A stretch of DNA of 64,000 nt, taken from contig OX597823.1 of the NCBI GenBank assembly GCA_951406725.2, forward strand, positions 43,834,001-43,898,000. Reading direction: 5' to 3'. Below the pieces are notes generated by a model. It was not told where the DNA came from. It saw only the letters and a list, made by a program, of their open reading frames with translations, and ran no database searches. The position numbers and the translations under genes are program-made. Of this stretch, positions 52,775 through 64,000 are shown piece by piece (position 1 is the stretch's first letter; each line of letters starts with the position of its first letter). The stretch comes from Octopus vulgaris (Eukaryota).

Positions 52775-53814
52775 TAGATAGATAGATAGATAGATAGATG
52801 GATGGATGGATGGATGGATGGACGGACGGACGGACGGACGGACGGACAGACAGACAGACAGACAGACAGATAGACAGATTTGTGTACAGGAGGAAGAAAA
52901 TTGGCGTAGGAATACATGCAAATTACCACACCATGATATCGCGTGACCGGAGTATGGTACTCTATGACTAAAAGACGTGAAATATAAAAAAAAAACATAC
53001 ACACCATAGAATCGTGATTTTCAAAGAAAGTTGACATGACAGTCATATGTTTTTATTTCTTATACTCATAAGAAATGTTCTTTCACAACTTTTTACAACT
53101 GTAATTCTATTACTTGTTTTTGAGATTTTTTTTTCCAGATATCTCGTTTAAATCATTATATACATTTGATAAGAGTGAGAAAATATTTATGGGAAATAAT
53201 TTTAATTATTCCTGTATGAGTGTAGATGGTTGTTTTTTTTATATGATGCATTTGCTAGAATTATTTTGAAGAAATATAATCCAGTTTTTTTCTTCTGTTT
53301 GTTCTTTTTTAATTTCATAGATTTTTTTCCTTTCTTTCTTTCTTCATTGATTTCTTTCATGTAAGCGCTTCATACTACCAAGTCTAATCTACCCTTTGTA
53401 TGGGTCCACCATTTCCAAGATGTAGAGCATTTGTTTCACCGTACTTCAAAGCACATGAAACCCGTTGTATGAAATGGCTGTTCACTGCAGTCATCGTAAC
53501 TCCCTTTCTTTGCCATGTTATAGTTAACTACCAAACGAAGACTAATGCTCCAGGGTGATCACTCTTATAGAAATCATCACAAATGGGCCAAAGTCAAACA
53601 CATTCTCAGTTAATATCTTTTTTGTCCTTCTCCGCCTTCACATGATTGATATCCGTCCTTCAGAGATCTTAACAGCTATCGCATACATTCTTCCTGACGT
53701 ATATCAATCTGTTCACAGTCGACTTTAAAGGAATGTAAACTCAATCGCTTCTGTTTATATCACCATTAGTATTTATTGTAGAATGAAAAGGGCGGAGGAA
53801 AAAGATGCAGGAGG

Positions 53815-53910
53815 AGAAGAAGAAGAAGAAGAAGAAGAAGAAGAAGAAGAAGAAGAAGAAGAAGAAGAAGAAGAAGAAGAAGAAGAAGAAGAAGAAGAAG
53901 AAGAAGAAGA
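53815..53910. repeat. (GAA)n followed by a purine-rich low-complexity tract to about 54170
   Basis: Seen directly. Confidence 0.97.
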
Positions 53911-54520
53911 AAGAGGATTAGGTGAGACGGGGAGAGAATGGGGGAACGACGGCAAGGATGATGATGAATAGAAGGAGAAAGAGAAGCAAAATGAACAGAA
54001 GGAGGACGAGGAGGATAAAGTGAAGAAGTAAGAAGAAGAGGGACGACGAAGACGTGGTAGACGAGAAGAGGAGAGGAAGGAAGAAGAGTGGAAGAGGACG
54101 GGAGAAGAAGGAGGAGCGGAGAGGGAAGGTCCACACAAGAAAGGCAGGATGGTGAACGAGAAAGGAAAGATTCTCGATTGTGACATATGACTCGGTCAAG
54201 TTTCCCAGAAAGCCTACGTCTATATTGCTAAACCATTATCACCATCGTTTCTTAAGGGACACATCAAGCTACAGTAGATCTTCTTAATGTAAAGATGTGT
54301 TGAAATAATTAATTAACCTGAAAGAGAAATTGGTGGGATAGGAATTGAAAAGTGTTTTTAACTTTAGTAAATTGGAAAGACGAACCACAAAATTGGATTT
54401 TAGAAACAGGAGCAGGTAACATCGTCTACTACGTTACACGGTCAAGACATACACGCTCGTGGATACACTCGTACACATATATACACGCTCACTCACATAC
54501 ACATATACATATACATATAC

Positions 54521-54594
<74 letters not shown>

Positions 54595-54631
54595 GTAGGT
54601 AGGTAGGTAGGTAGGTAGGTAGGTAGGTAGG

Positions 54632-54726
<95 letters not shown>

Positions 54727-55538
54727 GGGTAATGCACGTGTGGAATCGTTAGAGCCTCAGTAAAAGTGATTTCCAGTATGTGTGGCAATTCTTTGAACTG
54801 TAAATCCAAATCGCGGTGAGGCCAACTTTAGTTTTTATCTTTACAAGGTCGATAAAATGAAGTTACAATTCAAATCCTGGTTGATGTTGTGTGCACACCC
54901 CCAGACGATGAAGTAGTCTAGCCCAATACGTTGATATAGAGGGAGAAGTCTAGACGTAGAGAGTTGAGTAGAGTTGAGTAGAGGTCATCCGAAAGTGCAA
55001 CATAACAGTTGATTTTATGATCATAAGGGAATGGGTTCGGTTTATAAACCACGAAGTGTAGTGCATTGTATCTTCGCAAAAGACACTTCATTCTCACGCT
55101 GTTCCAGTCTGTTCAGCTAAAACGAGTACCATCCCAGAGCTGGTAGCATTCCTCTCTTCCATCCACATTTCTAGATGTACCTCTGTCTCAAGAGCTGAGA
55201 CCGTTGAGATGGTATCTCTGACCGCCCGCGGGTACATAAACATGTAAAACAATTTACAAAAACACGGTGCATGCTACCAAATCAGATTTGTTTGCGAACG
55301 ACGCCTACGTTGGCAAGGACGACGTCCAAGGTGGCAGTCGTATAGCTATTGTTGTTCAATATTTTATATTTTATATTTTATCATATTTGTTTATGTATAC
55401 TATAAAATTATAGGTGAAGTATTTTCCTTCGTTCAAAACCAGACCTGATTTTGCATTATATATATATACTATGATTTAATTATTTCATTGTTGAATGGGT
55501 AAAAGGTGATTTTTTTCTAATTTATGTACATACATACA

Positions 55539-55605
<67 letters not shown>

Positions 55606-55806
55606 AAGAATTCGCCTAGCAGATAATCGTATTTGCTAAAGAAATTTGAAACCTAGGTATAACTGCAAAAAATAACAAGGTAAAAGATTTTATTTTTCAG
55701 TCCCTTCGAAAATTGCTATAAGTTGTGGTTTTGGCCGTTTTGGCTGCTTCTTCTAGCATGTAAAATTACCTGTTAAAGGGTAGTTTTTCTTTTGTGTTTA
55801 AATGTA
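55606..55806 (+). mobile_element. (TA)n-flanked unit related to 17503-17983, carrying a hammerhead 3' half
   Basis: ttcgcctagcagataatcgtatttgctaaa matches the reverse complement of 17670-17700 and is followed by GAAA-CCTAGG-TA (55648-55659). Confidence 0.6.
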
Positions 55807-55834
55807 CACTATTTTATAATAAGTATATATATAA

Positions 55835-55917
<83 letters not shown>

Positions 55918-56277
55918 TCTTTTTCACGTAGACCAAAAGTCAAGCTTATTATGAATGAAATATTACCATAAACCACTGTCTTCACTCCAGAACTGTTGCC
56001 AAATGCGTCAGAATGACCAAAGTTCAGACTACGCCAAACAACACATTGCTGTTTACTCAGCTCAAAAAAAAAAATCCGCTCCTTTCTCACAAACAGAAAA
56101 AGTGACAACGTCAAACAACCAAGCAAATTACATCGCTGTTGTTTACTCTAAAAGATCTTCGCAAAAACTCTCAGACTTGTGGAATATGATTTATGAATCA
56201 ATAGCTTCATCCTCCTTCACTCTTTTTCACTTAGTTTTTATCCCTCTCATTGCACACAAACACACACACACACACAT

Positions 56278-56309
<32 letters not shown>

Positions 56310-56440
56310 GTAGGTGCATATATATATATATACACACACACACAAATTTTTACATCTATATATGCATATACATATTTATGTATACATACGTATGGATGAG
56401 TACATATTTATATATATATACATACATATTTATATATATG

Positions 56441-56480
<40 letters not shown>

Positions 56481-56632
56481 CATATATATATATATATACA
56501 TACATATATATATAACTCACATATATACATATATACGTTTGCGTGTGTGTGTGTGTATACATACATATAGATACATATATGGAGACAGACAGACAGACAC
56601 AGACAGACACATAGACAGACAGACAGACAGAC

Positions 56633-56723
<91 letters not shown>

Positions 56724-57351
56724 GTATTATTAATTCTACGCTACTATGTAATTTATGATTTTTCCTTCAGGTTTCCTTTTCAGTAAATCATATTTTGTGA
56801 CAGAAGGATATTTACTAAAACTTCTGCAGGATATTGTTATCCTATTTTCTGATAGCACTGGCTCTATTTATTTATGTGTATATTATTGAGAAGTACAGAA
56901 AGCGGTGATATGATTAAGGTTCGAGAGATCCAGATTAGTTGCTTTACTCTATTCTGTCTGCTAACTAAATTTTCCATGCTTAAATCAAGCATGATTGATT
57001 TTGCTTTTCTTTCTTGGTAATCGATAAGAATAAGCACACAAAAATACAGACAGACATAGACACACACCCACACACACACAAACACACACTCACAAATATG
57101 TATATATGTATGTATGTATTTCCTATAGGCATAAGTGTATATGCAATTGTGCTTATATGCCGTGATATACGCATTATAATTACAACGTACATGTATGTGT
57201 ATGCGTAAAAATACACGTACACACACACACAGATATATAAAGGTAAATATATACATACTTATCTATACATATATATTTACGTATAAATATATGTATATAT
57301 ATATATGAGTGTGTGTATGTAAATATATATGTATGTTTGTATGTCTGTCTG

Positions 57352-57418
<67 letters not shown>

Positions 57419-57720
57419 ATATATATATATATATATGATGTTAGCTGCCACTGTAGAATACAAAAGAAAAACACAGCAATTTAGAGAATTAGTTCCGTAA
57501 AGATTTAATCTTATCTAATATAAATATGAATAATGTTTAAACTTTCGTAATAAAATATTTTACAATAATTTCAGGTCTGTTTTACATGGGCTTCTGACGA
57601 ACCAACTGTTCCTTCCCGTTTACGACTTACTATCATTGGGCTGAAGTATCAAAGTTATTAAAAGAGTTGTGGTAAAATTTTAATCTGCAATCTCATTCAT
57701 ATTTAATCTAATCCCATGTG

Positions 57721-57819
<99 letters not shown>

Positions 57820-57849
57820 GAAATATTTCTTTTTTCACACGTGCAGATG

Positions 57850-60075
57850 TGTATAAATGTAGAAAAGAACATGAAAATGCACTTGGAGTCTTTAAAAGAA
57901 TTTATTAATATTTGCTTAAGAAAATGCACTTGGAATCTTTAAATAGATTTCTTAACATTTATATAAGCGGTTTCACAATTTCCTGATTTTTCGAAAGTAG
58001 CGTGTAAGTCCTGGTGCTATGCCGTGTTTACTTCGACAATAATATGTATGTGCGTTATTGAGAAGTAGAGTTAGTGCTTAATAAATAAAATATTTGTAAC
58101 TCACTAACTCTGAACAATCAGAGCTTAGAATTGCGTGATTAAAATTGATTAAACTTTAAAAACGTGGTGTCGTGACAGAAAGTGTATTGAAATCTAATAC
58201 TATAACATGATATATTTTAAGAGGTATTGAGTTAGCAGAAAACGAGGAAAAAACTACACATTGAAGAGATGCGGACATGCGTCAATGTGTAGCAAACTAT
58301 CGGGAGTTGATATTTTTAAGATGAAATCTTTCTAAAATGTTGAAACGCTGTAAGACTAAATTCACTAGTTCTATGCGCTAAAAAATCTATGACAATGAAG
58401 GAAAGAGTTAAAAGTAATGCATCTTCAATACAATACAGATTTTCTCAAGGATTCCAGGGATACTTTTGCAGCCAAATTATCGATAATCATAAAGCCTTGC
58501 CGTCACTCGCGAGAAAGTATGAGCTGATAGTTTATCTTCCACTTTTACTACTTATATTTGCTGTCTCTGTAGTCGCGCGGAGACATAGACGGCTTCTGGA
58601 TCCTCAGCGAGCCAAGAATTTAAGGCCACTTGAGTGTCTTTGTCTCGTCAATACTACAAATGCAGCTCAATATTCATGATGTGATAGTTGGAGGGAGAGA
58701 CGACTATACTAGCAGTCGGTTGGTAACCATTTTCAGCGGAATAGAATAGAGCAACGGGAAATGATGTACTTTGCTTAATGGAATCTTGCGTAATTCCTCT
58801 TGTCGGATATGTTGCCTGTGGATTCCTCCACGTTGGCAGAGGGAATTATTTGTTTCGCCAATGAAATTTTCTTTGCAGCTTGGGCAGGTAAGGCAGTATA
58901 TGAGGTTTTGCGTGTTGTAGTTCATATCTGCATTTATTTTGAAATGGGATCTACTCTTGAATTTTAAGTGGGAACCACTTTCTAAGTATTTGAAGTTGTT
59001 GTTGTTGCATGTTCCACATCTCCTATTTCGAAATTCTTTTACTAAGAATTCTGATTCATTATCTGATTTGAATTCTGCCCTTGTGAGGTGTTTTTTAAGA
59101 TTTTTTTGGTTTGGCGTCTACTGTTCCATAAGGTGTTTTTTTCAATCAGATTTTTCCTTTTGGGACATTGTAGAAGTATAGGTAAGTTCGATTTTATGGC
59201 GTGAAAGATGTAACGAACGGAATAACAGAATCTGTTTTCATTAACCTTTTCCTTAGGTGTCCATAGTTGGTGGTGTTCAGTTCCATTACCTTTTTAATTT
59301 CCTCATTAATTAATCCTGAGGAGAATTTCTGCATTGTGAAGAAACCTTTGAGTTCGTTGAGTCGGATTTCACGTATTTTGGGGTCAGTTAATATAGCACA
59401 GATGCGTCTTTCCATGCTGTATGGGATGTTTCTTTTGATGTCTGATGGACGGCAAAATTAGAAATTTAAATATTGGTGTGTGTCAGTTTTTTGTAAAATA
59501 TGTCTGTTGTGACGGTGGAGTTCTGTATTTTTATGTAGATATCCAGGAATGGTAGTTCATTGCAATTGGATTCTGTCGTGAATTTGATGGATGGATGAAG
59601 TGTGTTCAGTATATTGTTAAATTTACTTAGATCTTCATTCGATCTGTCCCAGAAGATGAAGCAATCATCAAAGAAGCGTTTCCACTTTTTAATGATATAT
59701 TTCTTATACTCCTGAGCAAATGTTTTTCTCCTTCCTCATAAAGTTATTCTTCCAAGTATCCCATAACTAAGATTGCATATGAGGGCGCAAACCGCGTACC
59801 CATAGCCGTGCCCTTTTGTCTGTTGATATGCCTTATTGTCGAAACCAAAAGTATTTTCTCCTGGTACTAGGGGCGTAGCCTTGGTGATGAAGTCAGTTTT
59901 GAAGCGTTCATTTATCCGTCCTCTATGTTTCTCTACCCAATGTTTGATTGCTTCTTGGCCTAAAGTATGAGGTATATTAGTATAGAGATTGGTGACATTA
60001 AAACTTGTAAGTATAGTACCTTCTGCGACAATGGGAGAGATATGTCGGATGAAATATACGCCCGTACTTAACTGG
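57850..60075 (-). mobile_element. Penelope-like retroelement: RT, GIY-YIG and 3' region, disrupted
   Basis: Minus strand gives LTSFNVTNLYTNIPH...NTFGFDNKAYQQTKG/TAMGTRFAPSYA...WKRFFDDCFIFW (59665-59678)...LNTLHPSIKFT...LPFLDI...NIPYSMERRIC, then NLIYCLTCPSCKENFIGETNNSLCQR..HRQHI (58704-58925). Frameshifted; the 3' boundary is approximate. Confidence 0.92.
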
Positions 60076-60789
60076 GTATTAAAGGGCTTTCGGTAATTTC
60101 TGAAGATCACTGTGTAGCTTCGAGCACACAGACACCTTCCCGCGCCTTTCACTCTTAACTCTGCAGAAGATCCAGGACGAGAGGTAAAAAGTTTACCCCA
60201 ACACTGGGCAAGCATTTCTTTGCAGCTGAGTGGAAAGTCAGACGAAATACCTTGCTCAAGGATACAATGAGCTGCCTGCTCCAGAAATTCAACCAACGCC
60301 TTTATTCTCAACCTAATCACAAGATCACTAGCTTTGACAATAAGCTCGATAAAGAATAATGCATATCAAAATGTATAATGAATTTCATAACTGAAATTGC
60401 CTTTTAGATTGCGTTTTTAACTTCTTTAAATTAAATTAATCATCTTGGAGTTAACTTCAAGATGGTTGTCTTGAAATAAAACAGGCAGATATTAGCCAAC
60501 TTATCTTGAAACTCAGATATTAGAAACTGAAATTTAAACATTTATGCTTCTTAATAATCACCAATTAAAGGGAACCAGTAAAAGAATAAAACAATTTGAA
60601 ATTTAAAAACAGAGTTTTACGCTCTCCTTGCATCCACTACCCGCGGTTTTTTGTACTTCTTTCCCTTTTCTACTACCTGTTTCCTTACTGAATTTTCACC
60701 TTTGGATGATGTGAAGTTCCTTCTAAAGAATTACTAAAATAATCTATTCCTCGAATTCACAAAGGTATCCGCTGGGTTGTTGCTAATAT

Positions 60790-60846
<57 letters not shown>

Positions 60847-61511
60847 CAGACAGGCAGAGAGACAGACAGACAGACAGGCAGGCAGGCAGGCAGGCAGACA
60901 GACAGACAGGCAGGCAGGCAGGCAGGCAGACAGACAGACAGGCAGACAGGCAGGCAGACAGACAGACAGATAGATAGAAACAGAGACAGGGGGAAACGGA
61001 GAGAGAAATAAAGAGAGATATCTGTCTTTCCAGTTTTCTTGACTCAACTTGTAAATGCTGTGTATTCCTCAGACATCTAGCCATAAGGAATTTTCAGACA
61101 GAATCAGAGGGACACAGACTGTGAAAAGATACATTTGAACTACAAGAAGAATCAACGCGAGAGGCTTTTATACTGTTCCGTCGACCAAATTTAACGCGCA
61201 GGGTATTGGTCGACCCAAAGCTATAGAAAATAACATTTGTTCCAGAAGCCACACAGTTGGATAGTACCCGGTATTTTGTGATTCGAAAAGAAGGTAATAG
61301 ATATTCAGTCCTACTACGCCCTTGTATGTAGGTATCTATGGATGCATGTAGTTAAATATGTATTTATGTATGTATGCACGCATGTACATAAGCATGCATG
61401 TACATATGTATATATGCATGAAAGTGCGTACGCATGTATGCTTGTACGCATGTATATATGTTTGCATGTAACAATGTCCATATATATACGTATATACGTG
61501 TCCACACACAC

Positions 61512-61567
<56 letters not shown>

Positions 61568-61975
61568 GCGTGTATGTATGTACGTATGTAAGAATATATA
61601 TAGATATATAAGTTTATATTTATACATGTATGCGTGTATGTAGGTCGGTATTTATGTATGCATGTATGTATGTATGTATGTATATATTTATGTATGTATA
61701 TATATATATATATGTGTATATATATGCATGTATATTTGTGTGTGTATATTGGGTGCTGCATGTTTCCGTTTCGACGCGTTTCAGCTAATATACCAAATCA
61801 TATTATGGCTGTTTATTTCTGCAATGTACAACAAAAGTATATAACAGAAAAAGGATATTTCGATATTGGATTCCTTGTTCTATAATACGATTTTGTTCGG
61901 TCAAGGAGAAACCTCGCAGATCTGCTTTTCCGTTTTCCTTTCTCCCTTTTTACACACACACACACACACACGAAC

Positions 61976-62018
<43 letters not shown>

Positions 62019-62033
62019 TGTATATATATATAT

Positions 62034-62093
<60 letters not shown>

Positions 62094-62320
62094 TGCTTTT
62101 GTCTTTTTGTCTTCTTTTGTAGGAACCAGCTGGTTAAGACAGGCGTTTTACTTGCAGTTAACTAGAAAGGCAGTCAATGAGATGATATAACGTACAGCAA
62201 GGATTTTTGCCAAAGGAGCAGAGGGAAATGAAATTACCACGGATATATATATTCTTAATAAGAACTACACCTACTATATACTGTATACATATGTATAAAT
62301 ATATATATATGTATGCGTCT

Positions 62321-62369
<49 letters not shown>

Positions 62370-62405
62370 TATATACATATACATGTATATATATATACAT
62401 GCACG

Positions 62406-62479
<74 letters not shown>

Positions 62480-62711
62480 ATAAATTTGTATATATACATA
62501 TATATGCGTGTCTGTGTGTGTTCGTAAAGATTTGTAATCAAATAATGGAATTTTGTATGTACGTATTTATAAGTGTACGTATATTGCAATAAAGGTATAT
62601 AAGGTATATTATATATATATATATTATATATTATATATATATATATATTATATATATATATATGTATATATATGTATACAAATATACATATATATATAGA
62701 GCGAGAGGGAG

Positions 62712-62772
<61 letters not shown>

Positions 62773-62787
62773 CATATAGTTATATAC

Positions 62788-62823
<36 letters not shown>

Positions 62824-63289
62824 GTGTGTGTGTGTGTGCATGTGAATGTGTGCATGTGTCTTTATGTATAAACTTATACATCTACATATATGTACGCTTA
62901 GAAATACATACTTACAAACTAACATTTAATAACAGATGTATATATTATATAAAGATAAATCCATATAAGGTTTCGTGGTCCATATGCTCTTACCCAATAT
63001 ATGTTGTAGCCATGGATAAGACACTTAACTTTCCCTGTATTTGTAAGGTGTTAACAGAACGACTATTTTATTGCTGCACACAACGTAATCATCGTCCATT
63101 TTCTGTGCGTTTCTTTAGTCCTTCAGTTTAAATATTTATTACAAGGCCAACCTGAAAATGATTTAATAAGATTTCTCTTGGAAACAATTTACATCAAAAA
63201 AGTCATTCATCAATATGCTATCAGAATTATTTGGTTTATTTTCCGGTTGTTCTTACGAAAAGTGTTTGCAGTAATACAATTGTGTCTCG

Positions 63290-63390
<101 letters not shown>

Positions 63391-63393
63391 GCA

Positions 63394-63462
<69 letters not shown>

Positions 63463-64000
63463 GTCATGCTTGGTTACTTTTTCGTTTAACACACTAATTT
63501 ATATCACTCTGAATAAGTGGTTCTTAACCTTAGCAGTATCACTGCGTTGGAGACATTTTTGGTTGACCAAAATACGGCAAATGCCAAGAGGGCACATTGT
63601 GATGTTACAGCGTAGGATAGTCAATGTTTAGAAATGTTTAAACCATGTACAATAACTTGTATTTTAAGCATATTTGCAAAAACGCCTTAGATGGGATTAA
63701 AATTGTGACATTGTTTGATCATTGACCAGAAACCTTATGGATGATGAACAAAGGTGCAATATACCTTATTTATTCGTATATAAATCACGTACATTTAAAT
63801 TTGATTTTAACTGAAAAAGACTGCTATGTGACATATAAACGGAGTAAGACTAAAAGCTAAAACTATAAAGGAAAATTATTTTGTACCAAGATTTATCAGT
63901 AAATCAGAGGTGCGACATATACACGAGTAAAGCCTGTAATTTCATTATATAAACCTTTGTATTCTGTTTTAAGTTCCATATAAATTTAACCTAGAGGTCA

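Noticed and set aside
53350-53740. Possible CR1/L2-like remnant on the minus strand
   Set aside because: Single weak motif only.
57574-57672. Exon-like segment between tttcag and gtaaaa
   Set aside because: All three frames contain stops; no support as a coding exon.
57962-57978. Minus-strand GAAA-CCGCT-TA at the 3' end of the PLE
   Set aside because: The position is plausible, but the 5' core half is not recognisable.
61770-61786. Minus-strand GAAA-CGCG-TC, a hammerhead 3' half with palindromic stem III
   Set aside because: No matching CUGANGA and stem I could be placed upstream.

Overview
AT-rich, microsatellite-saturated animal genomic DNA. The SINE/LINE repertoire and repeat density fit a coleoid cephalopod, most likely Octopus (inference from my recognition of the repeats, not a database result). 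No host protein-coding gene could be supported; nearly all listed ORFs are translations of microsatellites. The window is a dense nest of mobile elements: many tRNA-derived SINEs (one with a 15-bp TSD), R4/Dong and RTE LINE fragments (one RTE with a 12-bp TSD), a Tx1/L1-like 3' end inside (GATA)n, four Penelope-like (PLE) RT/GIY-YIG remnants, a 513-bp non-autonomous Helitron, a probable solo LTR and a decayed Polinton/Maverick-type integrase. The most interesting signal is a set of hammerhead-ribozyme motifs. One has an intact core and an 88-nt stem II and lies downstream of a PLE endonuclease. Others sit in several families of short, ORF-less units embedded in (TA)n, including a family with a recurrent CUGU core variant; these look like retrozyme-like PLE derivatives. 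Local inverted duplications are also common, including a 391-bp palindrome centred on (AT)n. One SINE tail is homologous to the 3' end of the Tx1-like LINE in the same window.
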